From the NCBI RefSeq assembly GCF_006345805.1, contig NC_042997.1:87916001-87980000 (forward strand): DNA of 64,000 nucleotides. The letters run 5' to 3'. This document shows positions 37,615-50,626 of this stretch, one piece after another (the first letter of the stretch is position 1; the number at the start of each line of letters is the position of its first letter). This stretch comes from Octopus sinensis (lineage: Eukaryota). The position numbers were made by a program, and so were the translations under genes. Below the pieces are notes generated by a model, which was not told the DNA's origin, did no database searches, and was given only the letters and a program-made list of their open reading frames with translations.

Positions 37615-38590
37615 GGTATAAGCACACAATGTGTACTTGGCCAACCTGACAAGCTACACTGATGACACTAAAATATTGGTCGCTATCCAAACTTCAGAAG
37701 ATGCTATTACATTTCAAAAGGAGTTAACCCTCATTTATCAATGAGCAGATGAAAATATGAAATTTAATACATCAAAATTAAAGGTTCTGTATTATGGAGG
37801 GAATACACACGTCACATTATTTGACACCAGATAACACAATGATTCATTGTGCTAGTGTCAGATGATGCATCTTTCATCAACCACATCACCAAATTGACCT
37901 CTAAATGCTGACATCTCATGAGATGGATCCTGTGAACCTTTGTGATAAGAGAACTGGTTGTTATGCTGACTCTATGGAAAACTTTAGTCCTGAGCAGATT
38001 AGATTACTGCTCCCATCTTGTTTCATAGTAGAGATTGAAGGATTACAAAGAACATTCACCTGTAAAATGACTTAAGTTAAATGTCTTAATTACTAGGAAC
38101 ATTTGAAAGCTCTGCATCTCTACTTTCTTGAATGCTGAAGTGGGAGACATATTATCATATATGTATAGGAAATCCTGGAGGAGCATGTTCCAAGCTTTTG
38201 TATTAGAGAGAATTTTAATGCACAGACTGGGAGATACTGTCATCTTCTAAATATAGCACCTTTGGAATCACAAACAAAAACACTCTATTGTACCAGTCTG
38301 ATATTCAGAGGTCCTCAATTGTTTAACTGCCTACCTAAAGAAATCAGAAATATAAAAGAGACCTCTACTGAAACATTCAAAAAAGCATTGCATAAATTCT
38401 TAACAATGATACTGACCAATCAAACATTCAAAGATACACTCAGGGAAAATCAGTTGCTATGAACTCAATCATAGATCAACCTCCAGCCATAAAGCGACAA
38501 CAAAACTGAAAGAAAATAAAGTAAGGTGTTGCTCCAGCATGGTTGCAGTCCTACAATTGAAACTACTAAATGAATAAAAGAATAAAAGAT
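37615..38590 (+). pseudogene. Decayed CR1/L2-group LINE 3' fragment with tail
   Basis: YTDDTKI, LSRLDYCS, FRGPQLFNCLP remnants. Ends ctccagcatggttgcagtcctacaattgaaacta, like the 15656-17364 tail. Confidence 0.75.
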
Positions 38591-38699
38591 TTAAACAACA
38601 GTTATTAATTTCATGTTTATTTGTGTGGATTCTAATATTGACCTGTGAAATCAGAAGTAGAAAATGATCGACGCATTTAGCAATGCAATGGTGTAGCAC

Positions 38700-40960
38700 G
38701 AGTTTATATCCCAAAACCACTAGACCTAGTAGAATTGCAGTGCATTGTGTATTCTAATAGATAATATATTCACAACCATTATGGTAGACATTTTCAGTAG
38801 GCAGGCTACTATTGGTTATCATTAGTGACCATTTGCCTGTTTTGTAGTATATGACTGTAAATATGCGAAGGTTAAAGATGCCAATAATTTTGAATGCAAA
38901 AGAATAAGAACAAAGGAATCTATGGATGCTTTCATAGCAAAATTAGGAAATTGTATATGCAGAAGTTATTGACAATGCATTTAAAACATTCTATTTCGCA
39001 GTTAAACCTCTATATTACAAAAATTAAACAATACAATAGAAAAACTTATACAGACAATCTATGGATCACAATGAGATCTCATAATGCCATCAAAAAGAAA
39101 GATGCACCATATAAAGTATACATAAAATGTAGAACTATAGATGCTGAGAAATATTTAAAACATAAATGCTAACTCATATCATAAGGATATGTAAGAAGGA
39201 CTATTATAATAACATAGAGATAAGTAAAAATAACATTAAAGCAGTATGGTGTGTGTTATGCAGCATTGCTAGAAATGGGTCTCAAAATTCAAGTTAACTT
39301 TTATTTTATTGATAGTGATAAAACCATAAATAATATGGCAGTTGATTTTGATCACTTCTTTATAAATGTGGGACGAAGATTGCCAGAAAAGAAATCAATG
39401 TTCCAGACACAACCAAAGAGAAAAGTGATAACGATAATGGGGATAGAAATCTAAGTTCAATTTTATTAAGGCAGTAGAAGAAACAGAAATAACAGGCATT
39501 GGCAGCAAATATAAAACATTCTACTGACAGGAATGAAATTGATATAACAACACTTAAGTAAGTTACTGAAGGAATTTCAAAACCTTGTTGGTTGTCCTTT
39601 CAAACTAGTATATTTCTGTGCAAAATAAAAATGGTGAAAGTTTTACCATTATATAAAATTGTAAATGAACACCATTTTACAAATTACTTGTTGGTTTGTC
39701 TACTTTGCCTATTCTGCATGATATTGGAAAAACTTTTACTGAGAAAATAGAGAAAGTCATTGACATCACAATTGCCGACAGACAGTTTGTATGTATTCAG
39801 AGCAAACAGATCAACCTCTTTTGTATGAATTGAATTAATTGAAGTTACTAATTGTACAGAAAAAAATATGTATGCAGTAGGAGTAAACCTTTTGATCTCA
39901 CAATATATCTTATTCAATGGAAAGATATAGTTTTAGAGGGATTGGGCTTTTGCGAAGTTGTTTATGAAGCAGACAACATACATGGATATTATTTGTGGAA
40001 TACTTCAGGTGTTAGTATGAGGTCTACAATTATTCATTTTGAAGATAAATAATATATGCAGTGTATCAAAAATACCAAAATTTGTATATTTGCAGATGAC
40101 ACAAATATTTCCATGGTAAAATTTACAACTTTTAGAGATAGTTACAAAAGAAATGAAAACATTTAAATGGTGGTTTAACTATTGTTAAATTTGAACAAAT
40201 CAAATATATTGTTTGGAAATTCTAAAATAAACACTCAATTACAAACTATGATAGACACTGTCAATATAGAGAAAGTACGTGAAAATTGAAATCAACTTTA
40301 ATATTAGACCATAAAATCTGCTGGAAACATTTAAAATAGGTGAAGAAAGATGACCTGCTTTAGGAAAAACTGGACACACTCTGAATCTTAAAGTGTTACA
40401 GACAATGTATTATTTATTTGTATTTCTGTATCTTAATTAATACATAGAAGTATGGGGCAACACCTATTAAAGCCATTAGGTATACTATGTAAAGAGCCAT
40501 AAGAATAGTTAACAGTGTAGATTTCAAGAATACCAACACAATGTTTTAACTCTTTAGCATTCAGATTATGCTGTCAAATGTAATGCTTATTTATTCACAT
40601 TGTTTTGAACCAATCATACATTATATTGTAGTTTTGAGATGTTGATAATGTGATTGTTTATTTTCTGAATGATATTGTAGGATGGGTGCAAGAGGCCAGA
40701 TCTGGCTAGTTTGAACATAAAACTGGTAGAATATTTTGACCTGAATATTTTGGTAGAATATTTTGGTCAGTTTAAATGCTACAGGATTAAAGTTACAGAT
40801 CTTGAAGTTCAAGCATTTTATAGAATTTAACACAATAATGTTGAAAGCAAGAAATAATTTACTAGTGAGCAAGTAATATCGAAAGAAAGTTTAATCTGAA
40901 ACTTTCTATTTGTACCATTGAGAAGAGTACTAGAATACCTGCTTTATAGAAGTATTGCAT
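38700..40960 (+). pseudogene. Old decayed LINE ORF2 (CR1/L2 group, a different family)
   Basis: IFADDTNI near 40085-40110, followed by LNLNKS..LF, WGNT and RAIRIVN-like remnants. Many stops and frameshifts. Confidence 0.65.
40546..40790 (-). mobile_element. piggyBac-type MITE nested in the old LINE
   Basis: ttaa|ctctttagcatt ... aatgctacagga|ttaa. LINE coding-like sequence resumes after the second TTAA. Confidence 0.8.
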
Positions 40961-43900
40961 TCCTAAAAATCTTGCTGTAATGTTTCATACTGTGAAACAT
41001 ATTTCCCACTTGATCTCCATATAACATGAAAATTCATGTGACAGCAAGATTTTCTGAACTGCAATATTACCATGAGGTCTGTATGTATATTTTAGTTTGT
41101 GATGGTTAATATGTTGTTTGACAGTGAAATTATAACAAAGTATTAACATTATTTTTGGACATTTGGGTTTTACATAGAATTGGGATAGCAGTGTGTGTGT
41201 GTATTAATGAATGAGTATTTGAAATGATGGTAGAAATATGTTTATACTTCTTCCTATTTCTTTTTTCACCACCAATATTTGATTTCCTTATTTATAAAAA
41301 TTTATTATTTTGTTGTATAAGTCATTGATGTTTTCATTTTATTGTTTTGTTTTTGTATTTATTTTAAGTATTTGTTTTTTATATATTCAAAATAAAATGG
41401 AAAGCTATTAATGATAAACATAAGGCAAAAGAGAAAAAAACGTTGCCAAAACAAAAATTTTATGACAATAAGAAAAGTCTCTACAACCACACAATTCATC
41501 TTTTGCTACTGTTGTGAGCTAAAAAGAGCTCCTAAAAATAAGTCAATTGCAGGTAAATGAAAAAGTGTAGAAGATATATTACAAAAGCGAGTACCTCCTT
41601 GCCCAAGGAATTGAAATATGAAAAGGCAGCAAAGACAGTGAAATTTCTCTGTCATGTAGTGTTATTCTTTACAAAATTCACGATTTTATATTTATTGTAA
41701 GAAATTATTGCTGATTTCATAAGGATACATTTATATCTTTCTGCTTAGAATCATTAGCCAGCCCATAAGTTGTATATGTAGATGTGTGCTTTGTCTAAGT
41801 TTCTACTTATTTGTGAATAGTCATTGTATATGAATACTTGTCTGTCTATGTTTTTGTTGTTTAGCTTCAGATTAAATGTTATTGATCAGACCTATGATTA
41901 AAAGTATTTTAGTAAAGGACATTCCATCTTATTAGAAGTGTATACATAGGTCTACATTATCCATTGTGTCTTTTCCTTTAAGATAATGATTTGAGGGTGA
42001 TTTTGTTGCTATTTCTAGCAGGTAAAGTGACCTAGTAGAAAATACTTTTGATGTGTATGCATTTATGTGTGGGAAACTATGCTTGAGGGATTTGTATATA
42101 AATACTACCTTTTGTAAAATATGAACGCTTTCAATAAGCAGAGATAAGTAACCTCTGGTACTTGAGCAGCATATGGTTCTAGTGTTGTACATGGCTACAA
42201 GTAGAAATTTCAAGATGTTTATAATGTGTTGCAAAAAGAAATATGAAATGTGTATATTCTGTACACCTTCTTTAATCTTTAGTTTAAATTTCAAACTTCC
42301 AACTCTGCCTCAGCTTAACTTAATCTAGGTATTATCTCCCCTATGATAGCTGTCTACCTAGTGTACACTACATATTTTACTGAAAATTTATAACACAATC
42401 TGTTGGTTTAATTCTGTTAATTTGAGCAATTTTGTTTGTTTCTTTCCCTGCCATTTACTAACTTGCTGTCAAATACTTTTTTTTTAATGATTTACTTAGT
42501 TTTCTATATGGTGTACTATGTATACTGTTTGTTAATTATTATTTTAGTGGTGTGGCCAACAGATTATGGTTACTCATGTCTGTTTTAATGTTGCTCTTTT
42601 GAGAATGCTATTTTTGTTTAATACCAAGATCTACACTAAGGTTAGTCACTTCAGTTAGTCTGTGAGTTTTGGTTTTCTTTTGGTGTTAATTCAATTAGTA
42701 ATTAACTCCCTATAATAATAATTGTCTAAACTTTTAACCTCATCTTTAAAGATGAAGCATTTTTGAATAGTTACATCTATGCAATGTTTTAATGAGAGAT
42801 AATATGAGTTATATGAATGGTTCATTTCTAATGATGTGGAACTAGTGTAAAAAAAAATTATAATTTTATTAACAATAACTCAGTCAAAAAGTTAAACACG
42901 TAATTAAATCCTTGTTTGTATATATATTTTCATCTCCTAAAGGCTAGCTTCATTATTTTTATATTTAAATATCATTTTTATTCACTAGAAATATTCAGCT
43001 GTCTTCATTGTTGTCAATAGACACAGCTAATGGCTACTATGTTTCAAGTTTGGCATTCTGCCAGGAAGCAGTTTATTGTCTCGTGTTGATTTCTATTCAT
43101 AATTTAATTTTTTTATTTTTGGTATTAATTTGAACACAACTTATATCAAATGAAAAATGAAACAATCATGTAGCCATTTACCAAAATACTGAAATGTTCA
43201 ACCATAAACAGTATGCATCAGAACAGTAATTGTCACAGGCTGACAAAGTGTATCTTGCCAACGTCTGGTCTGTGCACTAACAGACTTTATAGGTGTCTCT
43301 ATGCAGTCACTCAATGGTTTAAATAAGAAAAGAAAAAAAAAAAAGAAAACATGTTGGACAACCTAGTCTTAGATATACAAAGAAATGAATTGTTCATGTT
43401 TGGAAAGCCACTGTATCAGACCTGATATGGAGCTAATCAAGAACAGGTGTACAGAAATTGACTGGAAAGCAGAGTGTAAAACATATCCCAACTACAACAC
43501 TGTTTCTCTTATATGATTAACTTCTGCATGTTAAAGTGCACCTGTTGAATCTCAGCTAGGTGGAGGCAGGGTTTACCTAAAATAGTAGGTCTACAGGCTG
43601 GCCTATTCATTTGAGTAACTCCCTATATGCCATAGATCTGTAGATATACCAGATTGTGCATTCTGCAAGCATGAATCTGTAGACAGTTGAAAGGTTAATG
43701 ACAGGAACAGATATCTTTATAGCTGCAGTTGAAGATCAAATCTTGAAAACCTTGAATATTACATTATTATGTTTACCAATAAATTCTCAGTTCAAACCGA
43801 AAAATATTTTGCTTGTACACAGATAAGGAAAATAGTTTTAAAATTTTCAAAGCTAAAGATTGGCAAATTGCACACAAATATATTGAAAGTGTACATTAAA

Positions 43901-46480
43901 AGGACAGTAAAAAAAAGTAATGTTTTTAGCCTAAGATGACTTCCCAAACATAAATCAGGCTAAAATTAATTAGCTGTTTGATATAAACTGCTTAAAAGAC
44001 TTTACAAGTCCCATAGCAACCATTTGTTTACTTCTAATCTAACTATATTGCTAATAATAAAAGATCCTAGATCCTATTATTCTCTTAGATTAATGTCCTC
44101 CAATTATCTAGCATTCATCTTAATTGATGTCATAAGTTTATTTTTAATTTATGTGTATACTCTTTGAATCTACTTCATACCAAAATTTCTTTTATCAAAC
44201 TCTACCTAAACAACTTTTGATAATTAACCTTTGGCATTTTTATAGTTCACTTCAACAAAGTACGCATTCTCAGTAAGTTCCAAATAAATAACATTTTCTA
44301 AGAGTAGTGGAACTGTACATATTTTTAAGTAGCATACTTATTTCTAGATAAACTTACTGTTACTATCATAATACACTGGTGTGATAGGCATGAAGTCCAA
44401 AATTTTCAAAGGAATAGAAATTGAGAACTGTGATCTTTGTGTTTCCCAAGAGGATTAGTAGCACAAATGAAGTGAAATTGGCTTAACATTACTTACTATT
44501 TTACTGCCGTGATCTAACAGTTAAGATACACTGGTGTGATAGGCATGAAGGACAAGATTTTCAAAGGAATGAAAATTGAGAATTGCAATGTTTATGTGTT
44601 TCCTATGAGCATTAGTAGTACAAGTGAAGTGAAATTAGCATCTCTAGTGTCTCAAAACTAAATCAAAAACTTAAATTGCAGTGATCTTACCAGCTTTCTA
44701 CAATGTTAGCTGCAATAATAATAGTGGGGAAATCTGTTTCTGCAGGGGTAACAGATGAAATAAAAGACAAGAATGTTCAGGGCTGTAATTTCTGTGAAAG
44801 AGGTTTACCTATCAAGTCTCTTTTTTCAAAAAATTAAGTCGATAATAGAAGCATCTAAGTAGGTAGATCATTTTATATGGTAAGTCACTATTCTATAAAG
44901 TTCTATTATTACAGGTGTTATTCAAGACCTTTATCTATGCTCCTTCATTATTGCTCCTGACTTCAGTATAAAATAACCTATTATTTACACATTCTATACC
45001 TTTGTTACAGCTTCTCTTCTATATATGTTCAACTTATTTTCTTTTTTCGTTTTTTGTTACTGTTTAGTCTCAAATACAGGCATGGAATTGTGTAAACCAA
45101 GCTATTGATAACTGCAATAAAATCAATGAGAGGATATAAATGTAAGATTCCTATTATGATATCAACAACTTTATACAAGGAAAACATTCTCCATCTCTCT
45201 GAATGGCAAAAATACAACAAGTTGGTAATGTGTCATTACAACTTGATAGCCTTATAGTTGACTGCTGTGTATAAATACAGTAGTTCCCAGCTTTATTCAC
45301 AATAGTTTTACTTGCATTTGTTAACTGAGCAACTTTCTGTGAAGATGTTACAAATATGAAACTTGAAATCAGTGAATTCCCCTGCTCTTATGTATGTATT
45401 GAAAGCTATGTGGCTAGATAGTTAAAAGTTGTATAGAAAGGAAGGACTACAACTTGATGAGTCAAAGTGATTCTTAACTTAAACCAGTTATAGACTTTTG
45501 GTATTGATTTTTTCAGTTATGTATTATCATTTACTTGTTATATAAATGTTTCTTGTCAAATTGGTTTTTAGTATATCTTGCTGAATTATCTTTCTCATAA
45601 CACTGATTCTTCTAATGTAATATTTTAATGAATGACTACTAAATCATTCTAAGTCATTGTAAATTATTTCTTATTTTCATCCTACTTCATTATCATTCCA
45701 GCTTAATATTTTAGTATCTGATATTCAAAAGAATTCCTAACTATAAAGCAATTTCACCAGCAAATTATACAAATTGAATTTTCAGAAATTTATGTATATT
45801 TTTTTTTTTTATTGTATTTGGAGAAACAAATGTAAAATGTTGAAAAGTAAAAACAATAAGATTACTATTCTTTGCTGCTCTGTTTCAAACTCCTACATTA
45901 ATCATACACTCATCAAATCATAGCACTGATGATATTGCTGAATCTAGAATAGAAGGAAATAATTTGTTCTAAATATGAAGAACTTTCTAGAAATCCTCTC
46001 TACTAATCAGCATTTTATCATTTTGGTATGTGGTTTCTACTTCAGTATACATTGTTCTCAGTGAAATCTATAACAAAATGTTTACTTACATGTCAACTAA
46101 TGAATGATTTACTTATATATTTTTAGACAAATTTTACAGTACAAGTATGGATAGCCTTAATTTTTATTAGATTGTCTGATACCGTATTAACCGAGCTATC
46201 AACACTTTCCTTACAACCATGTAGACTAAACTAAACAACACTTTAAACTATTGTATTTTTGTTGTTCTTCCTTTTTTTTTTTGCCTCAATTGTATTGAAA
46301 AAATCAATGATAGACATGATTATAGAAACACTAGGATTTACTGAAATGTGTTTGAAGGAGTGTAAACAAATTCTGGAGCACAGTGGCTCATTCACTATCT
46401 CTGGGTTCAATATTAGTGAGCTTCATCTATCCTGAGTAGAATTGAAACAGGTTTATAGGTTCATTGTTTCAATTGAATTG

Positions 46481-46568
<88 letters not shown>

Positions 46569-47329
46569 TATCAAATTACAGATAAAAGAAGTAGTTAAAA
46601 AAAGAGAATATCTTCCTCAGTTCACTCATCATTTGGTAGGCCTATCAAACTAGAAGATAAGACTGCTAGTTTAACATATGAAAATAGTTATTACTATTCA
46701 CAATCATGATCCATTTTCATTTTGATGAATGGAAATTGCTTTAGGTTAATGTGAGCCTGTGATTTGGTTAGGTTAATGTGAGCCTGTGATTCAACTATGC
46801 CAATTTCATGTTCCCTCACTCACATCTAGTCTGGTAAATCTGACTCAAAATTGTGGTAGGTCAATTCCTTTTAACATGCTCTCATTAATTTGGATATATT
46901 TCACTGATATAAATTTGTTACTAGTTCAAATATACATGAGACATATTCAAACCTATAACAAAGTTATTTGCAGTATTTTTTCATGGAGAAAAATTCCTGC
47001 TGTAGACAAATAGGGGTAAATATATCAAATCAACTCAAAGCACTTCTACCCAAATCGATGGATGCATGCATTTTGGGATAGTTATTTGCTCTTCAGCATC
47101 AAACACTGGAAAGGGAGGTGCTACAAACTAACAATGAAAGACAAGGTTTCTCTTATTCTGTTCAAGTCAAAATACTGTGACTGGTTGCTATAATCAGCAG
47201 CCTGGGCATAATATTTAACTGAAAACTTTTTACAATGTTTAGTATGTCTATAAAAGAAAAAAGATGTTATCACATACTGCATACTTTTCAAAGCATAATT
47301 AAAAATACGAAGGTAGGGTATCACTGATA

Positions 47330-47800
47330 TGTGGAAAATATCCAATGAAATGGAGCACACTCTTGTTAGTCAGATAGCTGTTCCCTCTGTTGGTAACAGT
47401 GCCAAATGTATAATAAATTGTATGACATTTGTGTGTAATGTGTTATGCTGCATGGTTGCAAAATAAGGGCACTGAAATCAGAGTATGTGCAGAGACTAGA
47501 CAGAAAGAAGGCCAGCATTCTCTGCTCAATGTAAAGAGTGTGCATGAATAATAGAAAAATAAACAAGTAAAAAGAAAAACTGGGTATATGAAGGATCAGA
47601 TTTTGTGTGCAAAGTAAAAGACTGTGCTGACTTGAACATGATGCTTGAGGATGACCGTTAGATAATAAGTGTTCCAAGTAAAAGAAACATATGGACAAGA
47701 AAGACTGAGGTAGACTGAGGCCAAAGTGTTGAAAGGATGCTGAATCTCATGAAGGAGATGATGTTGAGCAACTGCAACATTTTACAATATGCTGTGCTGG
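47330..47800 (+). pseudogene. Highly decayed RTE fragment
   Basis: LYDICV*CVMLHG...LDRKKASIL resembles LYDACVRTAMLHG...LERNEASML of the younger copies. Confidence 0.55.
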
Positions 47801-48441
47801 AAAAACCCATCTAGCTCACATCATTATGGAAAAATAAATCAATTACAGAAATGATAATGATATAATGTCATATATAATTAATTTCTGTTCCTGACAATGA
47901 CAAAACCTTTCAAAAGGATATGCAAATTTCAATTTTTCCCGTTTATGATTTTCTAATTTCATTTGATTGGAATATTTTTGTATTTAAACTTTGAAAGTAA
48001 TTTTAAAATGATTTCCATCAAAATATATTTGGCATCAAATAAGGATAATGACTAGAATAGCATTTTATAGTCATGCCTACTGAAATTTTTTAAGAATCTC
48101 TTTCTTCTTTGTTGTATGATTTGACATGGCCATTAAGCTACATATTGGGAAATAATAACTATACATGGTCATAAATGATGTAAATAACTGGGAATAAACA
48201 TTGAAACTGCATTGCATTGTCAGCTCAGTGAGAAATTAACTTTAACTTGATATCACTCAGCCATGACATTGACTAAATAAAACACAGATGTTCAATAGCA
48301 ACCAATATAACAAGCTAGCTTGGTGTGACTGGGCCACTGAGAAGTATATCTATTAACCCCAAGTATTTCAGTCATAACCATTCCATTCTTTTCGATCTAT
48401 GATATACTTTGTTAGGAAAACACTTTAGATACATACTAAGT

Positions 48442-48670
48442 CAGTGGTTCTCGACCGGAGTCCATATGGCTCTTAGGGGTCCACATAAGATTTTGTTGTT
48501 AATATTTATGTCCAATAAATATTTTTGACCATTTTTTAAATACAATTCCTAATAATATTCAATTATTAAAATATAATAGGAACTTTTAAACATTGAATAG
48601 TTATGAGGATCTGTCTGAGAAAAATAGGAACCATAGGGGTCCATTGGTAAAAAGAGGTAAACACTCCACT
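48442..48670. mobile_element. hAT/Charlie-like MITE remnant
   Basis: Starts cagtggttctcgacc, has an internal ggggtcca repeated near both ends, and a decayed right end. Confidence 0.5.
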
Positions 48671-49847
48671 ATGGGCTGACTAGGAGCTAAACAGTAACAT
48701 TAATAAGCCGCAGCCCATTCACTTAGACTGTTAGTTGGTACTGTTGCCTAGTTACCTGTCCCCTAGATGGCTATCATCCTGTTGCTTCTCAGTTGAGCGA
48801 AATAATTCTACTTTTTTTTTCTTCTTTTATTGTTTCCAATTCTTGTGTGGAATAATTTTATTTTAAATCTTGGAAATTAATTTTAAAGTGATTTTCATTC
48901 TACAGTATTTGGCACTAAATAGTGATAATGACTGTAATGTAACCACTCCATGGCTACTCATGCAGAATTTTTATAAGAATTTTTATAAGAATTTCAGACC
49001 ACTCTATTGCATAATTCAACACGGCCAATAACAGTCAACTGCTTACTGTATTTTTCTGATTTCTTTTCTCTCTATATTTGTTTATGATGCAATTTTTTTC
49101 CTCCTTTTCGTCACTGTTCATTTTTATGTTAATTGGTTTCCTTATTTTATTTTCATTATGTTTTCTTCATTATTCTATAAATTGTTGTGTTAGTTAATTC
49201 ATTTTAATCAAGTTGTTTACTAGCACAAATCACTTCTTCCTCTCTGTATCTCATAAATACTAGCATAGAGTGATATTCTATGCTAGTGCTTATCAAACAA
49301 AAACATAGTAGAATCCATTTAAAAATGTTCTTCCGTGTTTGTTACATGTGATTCATTGAGTGATTATATGTAAAGCTATGCTTGTTATTGATTGTTTTAC
49401 AAACAAAACACCCCTTTTATGATCCTGAAAGGCAATAAATATATAACAAAGTATCCTTTTTACTTACTGCGTAATATTACTTTCATTTTATGATTTTGCC
49501 ATAATGTAATTAGAAACAGTAATATAATTTTTTTTCTTTGGTCAATAATTATTAGATGATAGTCAGTTAGCTTGATACTTGTGGGAAATTAAAAGTGCTA
49601 TCTTTACAAATCTAGTTATATTTGTATCAAACATCTGCTGATTAGAGATAGGTAATTACATACTACTCACCATCATACATATGTATCTATAATATAGAAT
49701 TTCTTCATGCATTCTACTCTTAAATTATATATCAGCTGTAGAGGTGCAGTTTTATCTGGCCTGTACTAAATTTCTTCTCATATGATATAGATCCATATTC
49801 TATATTTAAGAGATGAGGAATTATGTACATTATTTATATTTGAAGAA

Positions 49848-50416
49848 ATGATCAAGCTAAGTAACAACTACCCCAAAAACATACTATTTACTCCAATTAT
49901 GGAGAAAAGACAGAATGAAACCAATAAACTGTCCACAGTCTGTCTACCCTATGTGAAAGGCCTCTCCGAAAAGATACAAAAGATATGCAGCCCATATGAC
50001 ATCAGGACAGTATTCAAGAGTAGTACAACACTTTGCAAATATCTCCTTTGAGTAAAACCACCAATAGAAGAGAATATGACCAAAGACTGCGTGTACTCCA
50101 TTCCATGCAGCTGTGGTAGGTTATACAAAGGTGAAATATGCTGCCCCCTCAAAATAAGGGTAGACAAACATCGCAAAGCTGTGACACGAGGAGATATTGA
50201 TAAATTGGGTATAGCTGATCATGTATGGAAAAATGGAGACCACCTCCCCCTGTGGGATGAAGTCAAAATAATAAAGAACACCACTGGAAAATACGAAAAC
50301 TAAAAGAAGCAGCACACATACTTGGACACAACAACCTCCTAAGCAGACCGAGTGAAGATATGTGTAGCATATGGGAACCAGTATTAAGGAAGGATAGGAA
50401 AATATTAGATTTATAA
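49848..50416 (+). pseudogene. Penelope GIY-YIG endonuclease C-terminal region (one stop, one frameshift)
   Basis: VCLPYVKGLSEKIQKI...VFKSSTTL...CVYSIPCSCGRLYKGE...RVDKHRK...IADHVW...WDEVKII...RKLKEAAHI. Confidence 0.9.
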
Positions 50417-50439
50417 GCCCTAAAATTTACTCCATAATT

Positions 50440-50520
50440 GGTCACAGGCATATGGCATAGTGGTTAAGAGCACAAGTTACTAACCCCAAGATTCTGAGTT
50501 TGATTCCAGGCAGCGACCTG
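50440..50520 (+). promoter_or_regulatory. tRNA-like segment with Pol III A/B-box-like motifs inside the Penelope pLTR
   Basis: TGGCATAGTGG at 50453-50463; GAGTTTGATTCC at 50496-50507; anticodon-arm-like ttactaacc. Not a functional tRNA. Confidence 0.6.
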
Positions 50521-50580
50521 AATAATAATAATATCGAAAAATACCTTAGGAATGAGAACCCAAGTTTGAAATTTCCCCAA

Positions 50581-50626
50581 GACATCTGATGAAGGCTGGA
50601 GGGTATATCAGCCGAAACGTTGTGTT
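50581..50626 (+). ncRNA. Minimal type-I hammerhead ribozyme in the Penelope pLTR
   Basis: gacat CTGATGA a ggctgg-agggtata-tcagcc GAAA cg TT gtgtt. Stem I 5 bp with two G-U; stem II 6 bp; palindromic AACGTT; GUU triplet. Confidence 0.8.

Noticed and set aside
41983-42021. Apparent 39-nt exon (NDLRVILLLFLA)
   Set aside because: The donor falls in ctatttctagcaggt, a motif resembling decayed repeat ends elsewhere in the window (for example near 31625).
41932-42294. 120-aa minus-strand ORF
   Set aside because: No recognisable motif; its length is compatible with chance in AT-rich DNA.
46741-46791. TTAGG as a telomere-like seed
   Set aside because: Only two isolated TTAGG within a 27-bp duplication; not an array.
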